A stretch of DNA of 64,000 bases, taken from the NCBI RefSeq assembly GCF_009914755.1, contig NC_060925.1; one strand, written 5' to 3'. Below the pieces are notes generated by a model that saw only the letters and a list, made by a program, of their open reading frames with translations, made no database searches and had not been told where the DNA came from. How positions within the stretch are numbered: position 1 is the stretch's first letter; every line of letters starts with the position of its first letter. Below are positions 43,944 to 60,906 of the stretch, piece after piece. The position numbers and the translations under genes were made by a program. This DNA comes from the human T2T-CHM13v2.0 reference genome, Homo sapiens.

Positions 43944-45859
43944 ACATAATAGCTGAAATAGTCAAAGATATTAATGTAGACAGAATCTCCTTCTATATTT
44001 TTGATATATACTCTATATTTCTTATGCCAACACCATCTGGCTCAGCCCTAACCCTCTTCAACACAGTCTTGTCTCCTCTCTAATTCTTTTTCAGTCATAC
44101 TGTTTCATTTTATTTTTCTACCTCTCCTTCCTTTTCAATGTTTCTCACTCCCATTTTCCTAACTCCTATCCATCATTGGTTTCCAGTCCTCAATTTGAAG
44201 AAACAATGTTACCCATTCTTCATGGGAGGACAAATGCATCCCAAATTCCATGATGCCTAACTTATATACTTCTTGCCTCAAATATAATTACTAAAAACAA
44301 ATACAGTATAAATATTAAACAAATGAACAATAATCATCAATTGGTGGGTTACTTTCAAGGAAGAGTTGTTTTGTGACAAATTCTACTCTCTCATTCCTAT
44401 ACCACATTCACCAAGGTTGCTGCACATCATCTTCTTGAGGGCACCAAGGAGAACATCACAGCAGTAAGATTACACCTTCACTATGTATCAAGAAACCTCT
44501 GGCAAGTGAGTCTCAATTCCTACTTCAGACTAAACACAATTCTAATCAACAGCTCTATGACTGTGACAAGCAACATTGGTGCCCACATACTAGCTCCTAA
44601 AATATTCTTTATGACTTCCTTTTTTGTACAAACTGATGTGGTTCTTTTAAGCCACTGAGCTCATTCCTACTATAATGCCAAGGACTATGTTAAAAAGTAA
44701 TTGGCTTATTCACAGGCCCTCTCCTAAGAGACCCATTCCTTACTCTTCCCTCTTCTGCCTTTACTTAACTCACCTCATTACCAAGTTCACTACCCTCCCG
44801 TTCGGATCTTCACCTTATCTATACTGGCTGTCACCTTGATTCCTCTCAAAATTAAGTTTGACTCTCTCCTTAGTCAAACTGATCTCAGCACTACTCAGTT
44901 TGAGTAATGCCCTTCCAGGTTCTGCCTAGTTCCCATCCTACTGCTGTCCCCTCAGGCTCACTCGGTTCACCTAAGCCCTGCAGCTAAGACTCCTGTAGGT
45001 TGAATTTAAGTTTCGAAGTTCAGATTCCCCATGGCCTTTAGAAAAATCCTCATACTTCAGGAAAAGTTGGAGAAAATCCATAAAGTCAGTTAGCTTACAC
45101 ATAGTTCTGAAAGCTAAAGAAAGCAATAACTAAAATATAGAGGTGATCAAATTTTTTATCCTTTCCCATGGAGCTTTTTTTTTAAAAAAAAGCAATAATA
45201 AAGTTATATTTCACCATTTTTTATAAATCCAGCTGAAGGAGATTCTGGTCAGTTTGGGGAGTTGAGCGCTGAGAGGCTGCCCAGTGTTTTCTCCCAACTC
45301 CATCTTCTGAAAAGAGACAATACTATTTAATTGAGATAGACACAAAACACAGGGGGGTTAGTCAGTTTCCCATCCTCCTAACATTATAATTGGTTCAGGA
45401 GTGGGCATGGACTCAGACAACACCAATTAGATGGCTCCCTAGGTTGGTATATTCCATTATTGGGAGACAGCTGTTCTCTCTCCACTTAGGTTTAGTTGTG
45501 ATGAAGACCCCTCAGAGCAGCTGGAGGCCACCTTCCCAGCTGCATGGAGAAAGCCCACCTAAAGTCTGAAAGGTTCTATGAGGCACCACCTTAGATATTT
45601 CTGAATTCTTAACAAATGACTTTATAATTCCACCATGGATTTTATCTTTTTCCCAGAAACCATTCCTTAGGTGGAGAACTTTTTGCCATCTAGAAAGGAT
45701 AGGATTGAAAAGCAATTTTATTTTCAAAGCCAGTGAGCACTGGCTCTTTTCATATCTTCTAAATCCTAAAATTTATTTGAAAGCTGAAATGCTCCTTCTC
45801 AGTTTCTCTCTCTCCTCTCATTTAGTAGAAGCCATACTCAGTCTGGAAATATCCTTAGC

Positions 45860-46661
45860 AGGGTCATCGAATTCATTCCTTAGACAAAATGTGGCCAAAC
45901 TTACCCACCAACTCCTAACAAGGGTTTCTCCAGCTTCCAATAACATCTTCCTCTCTTTACTATAAACTCACCAATAGCCTCCTAGAAGGCCCTAGCGCTT
46001 CTGCTAATATTGTACTTGAAAGCCTGTAGCTTTCACCCACACCCTCCTCCAGGCCTTTCTGTCCTCTACCATCTAGTCCCAAAGACAATGCCATGTATTT
46101 TAGGTTTTGTTATGTCAATTTCTCACTTCCAAGTTATACAATTTGTGAATTATATATTGTTAAGTAACAAATACATAACTGAGTAGCTTAAAACAATAAC
46201 AATCATTTATTTCGTTCACAAATCTGCAATTTTTTGCATGGCTCAGCACAGAAGGCTTGTCTCCACTCCACACAGCATCAGCTGGGCTGGCTTGACTGGA
46301 GGATCTGCTTCTAAGATGGCCCACTCATATGGCTGGCAAGTTGGGGATGACTGCAGGCTGGAGCTCAACCAAGGCTGTGGGCTGGGGCCTCAGTTCCTCC
46401 CTGTGGATCTCTCTATAGGCTGGTCAAGAGTGAGCATCTCAAGAGAAAGCATTTCCCCTAGTTAGGCAGAGGCCTCATCACCTTTTATGATCTAGCCTCA
46501 GAAATCACATGGAATCACTTCCACTGTAGTGACGAGCCTGCCCAGATTCAAGAGGAAAGAACAGAGACACATCTCTCTACGTGAGGAATGTCATGACCAT
46601 ATTGTAAGAAGAGCATGTGGGAAGGGAGATGTGGCCATCCTGGAAAATACAATCTACCACA
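45860..46661 (-). mobile_element. MLT1(H-like) LTR (~46145-46661) with an adjacent MaLR internal remnant
   Basis: GGATCTGCTTCTAAGATGGC...GGCTGGCAAGTTGG core; the end reads GGAAAATACAATCTACCACA. Confidence 0.7.
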
Positions 46662-48328
46662 TATTAGATTGAACATGGGGGCAAGTGTCAGTCCTTTACA
46701 ATCTGGGGGCATCATGTTAATCTAAATAGCAATCTACTTAGTCCAGAGCAGTAGTTCTCAAAGGCTGGACCACAGGCCAGTTCTGATTCATGACAAAAGT
46801 TCCATCATATATGACAAAATAAGAAAAATAAATACAACATAAAGGTCTATAATAAAACTTAATTTATTTAACTTAAAGGGTAGAGCCCTACACTGAGATC
46901 TCTTCCCTTTTCTGGTGTTAAAATGTCTTTTGTTAAATGATAGTGATAGTAGATAGTAGTTGTTTTATTAATGATGTCCTATCAATCTCCTCCCCTTTTT
47001 TACATTTTTTCTGTTCAATTAAATACAGAAGTCTAAAGAACTACTGCCTAAAAGTTATCATAACATTGAATTTAGCCTTTGATTGACTACTTCCCAAATA
47101 ATGTGGAGGCTTCATTGATTTATTAGTATGCACTTTGAATAGTAATTACTTTGTGGATGTTCAGAAAAAGCCATGCAGCTACCTATGTAACAGCTCAAAC
47201 TCAAAGCCTACGGGCATTTAAAGTTGCCTATGAATAGATCTATAATTCAATGTAACAATATGTAACAAGAGATACTATAACTCTCAAAATGGACTAAAAT
47301 TGTAAATCTATAGATATAAATAAATGTTCAGATTCTCACATCAAAGGAATCTTTGACATGAGATCCAGGAATCTGTTGTAATCACTTGGTTCACATGCCA
47401 GAAAGTAAAATGACATTCAATGTGAAGGCTTAGAAAATAGAAGGTCAGAGGAGAAATTAGGCGTAGAGATGTTGGATGTATGTGTGGCTTATCTGCTAGA
47501 GGAGTAGGAGTTAAAATGGGGCAAGATATGGAGATAAGTGTTGGGAGTCATTTTTATAAAGGTGCACAAGCTCTATAAATTAATGAAGAGGTAATGAGTT
47601 CTATGTATAAGGTATTACTAAAAGATAATTCATTCAGTTATTTACTAACTTACTGTTTTATGGACTTTTTAGGTATAAAAAAAGAACAAAACAAAATCCC
47701 TACCCTCAAAAAGCTTACAATTCACACAGAAAGACAAACCTGTGAACAATTAAGTAGAATACAGTATGAGGCTATTAGCACTATGGGTGCCCTAAAGAGG
47801 GAAAGACTCATTCTTCATAATACTGGTGACAGGGAAGGTCATGGAATAGAGAATTACAGATTGCTTTACCAAAGGTTAGGATTGAATTTTGAGAAATTCT
47901 CACAACTGGGGGCAAGAGGAAGAAGAGGAACTGGTGAAGGAGTTAGAAAAGCAGTTTTAAGAGAGTAGAGGAATCATAATTGACATAAAAGTACCAACAC
48001 AAGGAGTTTAAAAATAGCATCAGCAAATATATCAAAAGCTATAAAAAGTTTGAGGATAAGGATTGAAAGATTAATAAAGAGGGAAAATAGGTTTATTTTA
48101 TACTAAGGGGTCTCCAGAAATGCCTTGGTCTAATTTAGAAATCTTTGAAGTAAGAATCCAGGAATCCCTCCCTAATCTGGAACACACTCCTGGAAAATAA
48201 TGTTGTATTCAAAATCCAAGCTCAGAAAATGTAGCGTTAGAGTAGAAAGGACAAAAATGGCACCTGGACTTTTCCTAAATTATTGCAGTCCTTAAGGACA
48301 CCGGTCTTCGCACAATATACTGTATTAA

Positions 48329-50295
<1,967 letters not shown>

Positions 50296-50366
50296 TCAGT
50301 TGGAGGTATCATCTTGACTTCTCTTCTGGTCATGGCTTGTTACAGATTTGGCACTTTTCACTTGAC
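50296..50366 (-). CDS. ANKRD45: ANKRD45 last coding exon, (C)QVKSAKSVTSHDQKRSQDDTSN*
   Basis: Acceptor tgtttcctttcag|GT and TGA at 50298-50296. The peptide is recognised as the ANKRD45 C-terminus, and ANKRD45 is the known neighbour of SLC9C2. Confidence 0.88.
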
Positions 50367-50849
50367 CTGAAAGGAAACAGATTTTAAAATTACATTTAAT
50401 TAGTTTGCAATATGAAACAAAATGAAGCCAGTTTTTAAGACAATAAGAATGGAATAAATTAGATTGTCCCAGGCTGAACCAGCTACTAATTCAACCCTAG
50501 TGTTGTTGGTATGTCATTCAAATAGTCTCTCCTGTTCACTATATTTAAAGCTGTGAGGTCACATTTCCCATATAATCAGTATTATTGTCCCTAGTTCTGC
50601 CATTGATGAGAGTAACTTTGAATAAACCGCTAAACCTCTGTTGTCTTCACTTTCTTCACTGCAAAGTCAGGGTTCATTTCAGAGGTTCCATCAAGATCTA
50701 ACATTCTGTGATATGAAGGTGCTTAGAGAACATGTGATATAGGGGGTCGGGGGAGAGAGGCAAATCTTCACAGGTGAGAAGGGAAGGAGGGGGGATTGTT
50801 GGGCCAGGTTAATGGTACTGGTGGAGAGGTGGGAATAACCGTATATCCA

Positions 50850-50952
50850 ATAGTCCCAGCTACTTAGGAGGCTGAGGCAGGAGGACTGTTTGAACCCAGG
50901 AATTCAAGTTCAGCCTGGGTAACATAGCAAGACCCTGTCTCTAAAAAAAAAA
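50850..50952 (+). mobile_element. Alu monomer (FLAM/FRAM-like)
   Basis: TAGTCCCAGCTACTTAGGAGGCTGAGG...GCAAGACCCTGTCTCT followed by an A-tail. Confidence 0.8.
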
Positions 50953-51717
50953 TTGTAATTGAAAAACAAATTAAGATATCACAAAATCTTAAAAAATAAA
51001 AAATAATTCAGGTCTTAATTATCTCACTCTTAAACTATACTCACTTTCTCTAGTCTCCTCTCCCTCCAATCCATTTTGCAAACAAGCCCAGATTATCCTC
51101 CGTACTTAATCTCTCTTCTCTCCCACCCCAAAGCCTTTAAATGACATCCCACTGCCCAAAAAATAAAGCCGAAACTTCTAAGTTTAAAATTTAGTAGTTT
51201 TAATAAAATGATCACATGTTAACTTTGCAAAAACTCTATTTTCTACATTTCTACTGTACCTTGACACAGACTCAGCTACAATCAGCCACATGGGTACTGG
51301 CCACTTCCTTATTCTCCACATTTCCACTTTTGATCATAATACTGTGCTTTCATTCTGGAATCTCCTTCATACTCCACACTGGCTATCCATCCTCTCAGGA
51401 AACTCTTCTTTCTTCATGATGCTTTATCTTTATACTTAGGCTTCTCTGATCATATAGAGCACTTAGATTATCTTTTCAGGTATGTTCTACTCACAAACTA
51501 AGTGGTAGGCTCCTAGGAGAGTGCTATGTGTGTGCTCAACAGATCATATGATTCATGTTAGTTCTAGATGGCAAGAAACATTATGTCATACTGTAATATC
51601 TGGACTAGGTTAAGTGTCTTAACCTTTAAAAATCCACAACTCCTTTTTGATAAACATAAAAATCTTAGGTACTGATTATCCACATGCAAAAGAATTAAAT
51701 TGGACCCCTATGGCCTA

Positions 51718-51728
<11 letters not shown>

Positions 51729-51763
<35 letters not shown>
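51729..51763. repeat. (CA)n microsatellite
   Basis: Read directly from the sequence. Confidence 0.95.
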
Positions 51764-51767
<4 letters not shown>

Positions 51768-52092
51768 AATATATATCTCAAAATACATCACAGAACTAAA
51801 CATTAGTGCTAAAACTACAAAACTCTCAGAAGAAAACATAGAATTAAATCTTGGTGACCTTGGATTGGCAATGGTTTCTTAGGTATGACACAGAAAGCAG
51901 AAGCAACAAAGGAAAAACAGATAAATTGAACTCAATCCAAATAAAGTTTTTTGTGTTCCAAAACATAATTAAGAAAATGACAAGACAATCCAGAGAATGG
52001 GAGGAAATAGAATCATATTTCTGACGAGAGACTTGTATCAAGAATACATAAAGAGCTCATATAACTAAAAAATAAAAAGACAATCCAATCTA

Positions 52093-52520
<428 letters not shown>

Positions 52521-52730
52521 AGTTTCTTCCCTTTAATGACCAGGAAAAGAAAAAAATAAAAATGGGCAAGCAATTCAAATAGATATTTCTCCAGAGAAAA
52601 TACAGAAATGGCCAGTAAGCATGAAAAGATGCTCAGAATTGTTCGTAATTTGGGAAATGCAAATCAGAATACATTAAGATACCACTTCATACCCACTAGG
52701 ATGGCTAATTTTTTTAAAAAAGACAATGAC

Positions 52731-54458
52731 CCTCTCCCTCTCCCTCTCCCCACGGTCTCCCTCTCCCTCTCCTTCCACAGTCTCCCTCTGATGCTGAGCT
52801 GAAGCTGGACTGTACTGCTGCCATCTCGGCTCACTGCAGCCTCCCTGCCTGATTCTTCTGCCTCAGCCTGCCGAGTGCCTGCAATTGCAGGCGCGCGCCG
52901 CCACGCCTGACTGGTTTTCGTATTTTTTTGGTGGAGACGGGGTTTCGCTGTGTTGGCCGGGCTGGTCTCCAGCTCCTAACCGCGAGTGATCCGCCAGCCT
53001 CGGCCTCCTGAGGTGCCGGGATTGCAGACGGAGTCTCCTTCACTCAGTGCTCAATGTTGCCCAGGCTGGAGTGCAGTGGCATGATCTCGGCTAGCTACAA
53101 CCTCCACCTCCCAGCCGCCTGCCTTGGCCTCCCAAAGTGCCGAGATTGCAGCCTCTGCCCAGCCGCCACCCCGTCTGGGAAGTGAGGAGCGTCTCTGCCT
53201 GGCCGCCCATCATCTGGGATGTGAGGAGCCCCTCTGCTCGGCTGCCCAGTCTGGGAAGTGAAGAGCGCCTCTTCCCGGCCGCCATCCTGTCTAGGAAGTG
53301 AGGAGCGTCTCTGCCCAGCCGCCCATCGTCTGAGATGCGGGGAGCACCTCTTCCCCGCCACCCCGTCTGGGATGTGAGGAGCACCTCTGCCCGGCCGCGA
53401 CCCCGTCTGGGAGGTGAGGAGCGTCTCTGCCCGGCCGCCCCGTCTGAGAAGCGAGGAGCCCCTCCGACCAGCAGCCGCCCCGTCTGAGAAGCGAGGAGCC
53501 CCTCCGCCCAGCAGCCGCCCCGTCTGAGAAGTGAGGAGCCCCTCCGCCTGGCAGCTGCCCCGTCTGGGAAGTGAGGAGCATCTCCGCCCGGCAGCCGCCC
53601 CCTCTGGGAGGGAGGTGGGGGGCAGCCCCCGCCCGGCCAGCCGCCCCGTCCGGGAGGGAGGTGGGGGCTCAGCCCCCGCCCGGCCAGCCGCCCCGTCCGG
53701 GAGGGAGGTGGGGGGTCAGCCCCCCCCCCGGCCAGCCGCCCCGTCCGGGAGGGAGGTGGGGGGTCAGCCCACGCCCGGCCAGCCGCCCCGTCCGGGAGGG
53801 AGGAGGGGGGTCAGCCCCCGCCTGGCCGCCGCCCCGTCCGGGAGGTTGGGGGGCGCCTCTGCCCGGCCGCCCCTTCTGGGAAGTGAGGATCCCCTCTACC
53901 CGGCCACCACCCCGTCTGGGAGGTGTACCCAACAGCTCATTGAGAATGGGCCATGATGACGATGGCGGTTTTGTGGAATAGAAAAGGGGGAAAGGTGGGG
54001 AAAAGATAGAGAAATCAGATTGTTGCTGTGTCTGTGTAGAAAGAAGTAGACATGGGAGACTTTTCATTTTGTTCTGTACTAAGAAAAATTCTTCTGCCTT
54101 GGGATGCTTTGACCTATGACCTTACCCCCAACCCTGTGCTCTCTGAAACATGTGCTGTGTCCACTCAGGGTTATATGGATTAAGGGCGGTGCAAGATGTG
54201 CTTTGTTAAACAGATGCTTGAAGGCAGCAGACTCGCTAAGAGTCATCACCACTCCCTAATCTCAAGTACCCAGGGACACAAACACTGTGGAAGGCTGCAG
54301 GGTCCTCTGCCTAGGAAAACCAGAGACCTTTGTTCACTTGTTTATCTGCTGACCTTCCCTGCACTATTGTCCTATGACCCTGCCAAATCCCCCTCTGTGA
54401 GAAACACCCAAGAATGATCAATAAAAAAAAATAAATAAATAAAATAAAATAAAATAAA
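52731..54458 (+). mobile_element. Full-length SVA (C/D-like)
   Basis: CCCTCT hexamers, Alu-like domain, GC-rich VNTR (~53100-53920), SINE-R, AATAAA at 54420 and an A-rich tail. Confidence 0.97.
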
Positions 54459-54971
54459 GAAAGAGCTGAACCTGTTTGTCCCTGGGAAACAGAAACTGTG
54501 GAAAAGGGGCTCTACGGCCACTATTTTCCTAAATTTTGTATAACTATCTCTGAAAACATCTATCTGCAGAACTTTGATAAAAACTACAAATTGAAACCAG
54601 TTTTAAATTTCAATTTCCAAATAGTTATAGCTTCAGTAAAGTGGAATTCTTACCATCATAAATATGATGGAATTATGCAATATATTCCAACATTTCCATT
54701 TAACATATTGGACAGCCACTTTCATAGATTTCGTATGCAAATCTGCCTGCTTGCTAAAATCAATACTCCTGGTACTTTTGCAGTCATTTACAGATATGCA
54801 CAAAGCAGAGAAAAATCTGAGGTTCCCAACACACATGTTCCCAGCAAAGGCTGAACAAGATGACACTATCTTCTTAAATAAGACAGCTATTATACCATAA
54901 ACAAGGGTCCTTTTTGAGGTGTAGTGTCCTGTTTTTGGCTTTTTTTTCTTTTTGTTGGGATTTTGTTGTTT

Positions 54972-55275
<304 letters not shown>

Positions 55276-55277
55276 TA

Positions 55278-55555
<278 letters not shown>

Positions 55556-55977
55556 AAAAATGCCCCCCAAGTGTAGTGCTGAAGTGCGGTCTAGTGCTCC
55601 TAAGTGCAAGAACGATTTAATGTGTCTTACAGAGAAAATACTGTGTTAGGTAAGTTTCATTCAGACATGAATTATAATGCTGTTGGTTGTGAGTTCAATG
55701 TTAACAAAATTAACAATAAAATTAAATAAGGTGACTTTAAATAGAAAAAAAAGACAATGACAAATACTGACAAAGATGTGGAGAAATTTGAATCTTCATG
55801 TACTGCTGGTTGGAATATAAAATGGAAATCAGTTTATAACTCAGCAATATACCAAAGAAAAAGGAAAACATGTGACCACACAAAAATTTTCATACAACAG
55901 TTCATTGCAGCATTATCTATAATAGCCAAAAGAGTGGAAACCCAAATGTCCATCAATTGATAAATAGATTAAATTTG

Positions 55978-56306
<329 letters not shown>

Positions 56307-59300
56307 TTAGCCATAAAGCAGAATGAAGTACTGATACATGTTAGCACATGGATGGACATTAAAAATATTATGCCAAGTGAGAGAGGCCACCACGAAAGGC
56401 AACACATACTATATTATTTCATTTATAAATGTTCAGGGGCAGGTCCAGAGGGCAGCCATCCTAACCCAACCTGCCCTGCCCCCAGAAAAAAAAGTTAAAA
56501 AAAAAATGTTCAGAGAAGGCAAATCCAGAGACAGAAAGTAGATTAGTGGTTGCCAGGGCTTGAGGGAGGGAAGAATAGGAAGTGACTGCTAATAGCTATA
56601 GGGTTTCTTTTCAGAGAGGTAAAACTCAAAAGTTAGATAAGGGTGATAATTACACAACTTTGTGAATATACTGAAAACCACTGAATTGTACTCTTTAAAA
56701 TGATTAATTTTAAGGTGTGAGAATTATATCTCAATAAAGCTATTATTTTAAAAAAATGTTAGGGGTGTGCCTGCCACCAATATTCTGATACGTTCACCTT
56801 TCTGATTCTTAGGATAGTATTCCCACAGTAGGTTTTTCCCGAAATATAGAATTATAATACTGAAACTGCTTTTTAAAATGCTGCCAAGAGGAACTGAGAT
56901 GGCCGATTAGAAAAAGCTGCAGTCCACAGCTCTCATGGAAAATAAAAACAGTGAGTGAATTCAGCACCTTCAAATGAAATATCCAGGTTCTTCCATTGGG
57001 ACTGACTAGGCAAATGGCTTGACCCAGAAAGAATGAAGAAAAGTAGAGTGGGGCAATGGCCCACCCAAGAGCAGCACAGAGCCAAAGGAACCCCCACCCC
57101 CAGCCAAGGGAAGCAGTGAGTGATTGTGCGACCACTCACAATGTACGTGTGGCTTATCTGCTTGAGGAGTAAGTAAAGTGAGAAACCACACTTCTCACAC
57201 AGATCTTTGCAACCCACCGATCACGAGATCCCCTCATGAGCCCATGCCACCAGAGCCTTGGGTCTGATACACAGACCTATGTGGAGTCTTGGCAAAGCAG
57301 ATGCTCAGGCTCACACAGAGACCCAGGAGTTTTACATACTCTGGCCCCAGGAATCCCAGCAAGGCAGGAGATCCATTTATATGCTCCCCTAGGAATAGGG
57401 CTGAATCCAGAGAGCCAAGCAGTGTCATTTTGTGGGCCCCACTTCCACGGCACTTCACAAGTTAAGACCCACCACCTTGGAATTCCTGCCAGACAGCGCA
57501 ACAGGCTGGAGACTGCCTGAGATGGATGAGTTCCCAGAGGGTAGAGGCAGGTGCCATCCATTTCTGCAGTTTGTTCAACTCAGCCCTTCTAGCCTTCCAG
57601 CTCTGGGGAGTTCAAGAAGTCCTGATGAGGAGGAGTCCTGCACAATGCAGCACAGCTGCTGTGCCAGATTGTGGCCAGATTGCTTCTTTAAATGGGACCC
57701 CAATGCATCCCCCTTCACTGGGTGGGGCCTCCCTGCAGGAATTACAGCAACTCCAGCCAGGGTTATACAGACATAACTCTGATCTCTTTTAAGATGGAGC
57801 CACTGTGGGGAGGGATGACCGATGTCTCTGCGGTTCAGTCAACAGCCTTTCGGCCTGCTGGCTCCGGAGAGTCCAGGCAGTCTGGATGAGCAAGGGCTAT
57901 CCCCAACACAGCACACCTGCTCTACCAAAAAGCAGCCAGACTGCTTCTTTAAGCAGGTCCCTTATCCCATCCCTCCTGACTGAGTGAGACCTCCCAACAC
58001 GGGTCTTCAGATACCTCCTACAGGAGTGTCCAGGCTGGCAACAGGTCAATACCCCACTGGGACAAAGCTCCCAAAGAAAAGAGCAGGTTGTTGTCCTTGC
58101 TGTTTCACAGGCTTTACTTGCTGAAACCTCCAGGTAGAGGAAAAGCCAAGGCAACTTCCAGCTTTCTGGAGCCATCCCCCAGCAAACTGCAGCAGCCCTA
58201 CAGAAAAGTGGCCTGACTTTTAAAAGAAAAACACACAAACAGAAAGCAACAGCAGCAGCAGCATCAACAAAAAAGGCCTCAAAAAAACTCCATTCAAAGG
58301 TCAGCAACCTCAAAACTCAAAGGTAGATAAGCCCACAAAGATGAGAAAGAATCAATGCAAAAATGCTGAAAACTCAAAAAGCCCAAGTGCCTCTTCTTCT
58401 ACAAGTGACTGCAACACCTCTCCAGCAAGGGCACAGAACTGAGGCCAAGATGGCTGAAATGACAGTAGGCTTTAGAAGGTGGGTAATAATGAACTTCACT
58501 GAGCTAAAGGAACACATTGTAACCCAATGCAAAGAAGCTAAGAATCATGATAAAACAATACAGGAGCTGAAAACCAGAATAGCCAGTTTAGAGGGGAGCA
58601 TAACTGACCTGATGGAGCTGAAAACCATGATGCAAGAAGTTCACAATGCAAACACAAGTATCAATAGAAGAACAGACGAAGAGGAGGAAAAAATGTCAGA
58701 GCTTGAAGACTATCTTTTGAAATAGGAAGACAAGAATACAGAAAAAAAGAATGAAAAGGAATGAACAAAACCTCTGAGAAATATGGGACTACGTAAAAAG
58801 ACCAAACCTATGACTGATTGGGGTACCTGAAAAAGACGGGGAGAATAAAACCAAGTTGGAAAACATACTTCAGGATATTATCCAGGAGAATTTCCCCAAC
58901 CTAGCAAGACAGGCCAACATTCAAATTCAGGAAATCCAGAGAACCTCAGTAAGATATTCCATGAGAAGATCAACCCCAAGACACATAATCATCAGATTCT
59001 CCAAGGTCAAAATGAAAGAAAAAATGTTAAAAGTGGCCAGACTGAGAGGCCACATCACCTACAACGGGTAACCCATCAGACTAACAGTGGACCTCTGAGT
59101 GGAAACCCTAAAACCAGAAGAGATTGGGGGCCAATATTCCACATTCTTAAAGAAAAGAATTTCCAACCCAGAATTTCATATCCAGCCAAACTAAGCTTCA
59201 TAAGCAAAGGAGAAATAAGATCCTTTTCAGACAAGCAAACACTGAGGGAATTTGTCACCACCAGCCCTGCCTTGCAGGAGCTCCTGAAGGGAGCACTAAA

Positions 59301-59685
59301 TATGGGAAGGAAAACCCATTACCAGCCACTACAAAAATAAACTGAAGTACACAGACCAGTGACACTTTGAAGCAACCACATAAACAAGTCTGCAAAAATA
59401 ACCAGCTAGCATCATGATGACAGGATCAAATTCACACATAACAATATTAAGCTTAAATGTAAATGGGCTAAATGCCCCAATTAAGAGACACAGAATGGCA
59501 AGCTGGATAAAGATCCAAGACCCATCAGTATGCTGTCTTCAAGAGACCCATCTCATGTGCAAAGACACACATAGGCTCAAAAAAAAGAGATGAAGGAAAA
59601 CTTACCAAGCAAATGGAAAACAGGAAAAAAGCAGGGATCACAGTCCTAGTTTCTGACAAAACAGACTTTAAACCAACAAAGGTCA

Positions 59686-60060
<375 letters not shown>

Positions 60061-60715
60061 CTATCCTAAATATATATGCACACAATACAGGAGCACCCAG
60101 ATTCATAAAACAAGTTCTTAGAAACCTACAAAGAGACTTAGACTCATACACAATAATAATGGGAGACTTTAACACCCCACTGACAATATTAAAAAGACCA
60201 TCCAGACAGAAAATTAACAAAGATATTCAGGACCTGAACTCAGCTTTGGATCAAGCACACTTGATAGATATCTACAAAACTCTTCACCCAAAAACAACAG
60301 AATATACGTTCTTCTCATCACCACGTGGCACTTACTCAAAAATTGATCACATATGCAGAAGTAAAACAGTCAGCAAATGCAAAAGAACTGAAATCATAAC
60401 AAACTGTCTCTCAGACCACAGTGCAATCAAATTAGAATTCGATGCTAAGAAATTCACTCAAAACCACACAACTGCATGGAAATTGAACAACCTGCTCCTG
60501 AATGACTCCTGGGTAAATACTGAAATTAAGGCAGAAATCAAGAAGTTCTTTGAAACTAATGAGAACAAAGAGACAATGTACCAGAATCTCTGGGATACAG
60601 CTAAAGCAGAGTTAAGAGGGAGATTCACGGCACTAAATGCCCACATCAAAAAGCTGGAAAGACCTCAAATTAACAACCTAACACCACAACTGAAAGAACT
60701 AGAGAACCAAGAGCA

Positions 60716-60906
60716 TGGACACAGGAAGGGGAACATCACACTCTGGGGACTGTTGTGGGTTGGGGGGAGGGATAGCATTGGGAGATATACCTAATGCTAG
60801 ATGACGAGTTAGTGGGTGCAGCGCACCAGCATGGCACATGTATACATATGTAACTAACCTGCACATTGTGCACATGTACCCTAAAACTTAAAGTATAAAA
60901 AAAAAA
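60716..60906 (+). mobile_element. Young 5'-truncated L1PA2/3 3' end nested in L1 ORF2
   Basis: GATGACGAGTTAGTGGG (GAG form, not the L1HS ACA/ACG); TSD AGAACCAAGAGCA at 60703-60715 and 60907-60919. Confidence 0.92.

Noticed and set aside
52521-52543. Short non-A sequence within the AluJ tail, possibly a micro-transduction
   Set aside because: Only 23 nt with a degenerate TSD, so it cannot be told apart from local mutation.
53091-54067. Pro/Gly/Arg-rich ORFs, CpG-island-like composition and an array of repeated units
   Set aside because: This is the SVA VNTR. It is neither a gene promoter nor a CRISPR array, since it has no unique spacers and is eukaryotic.
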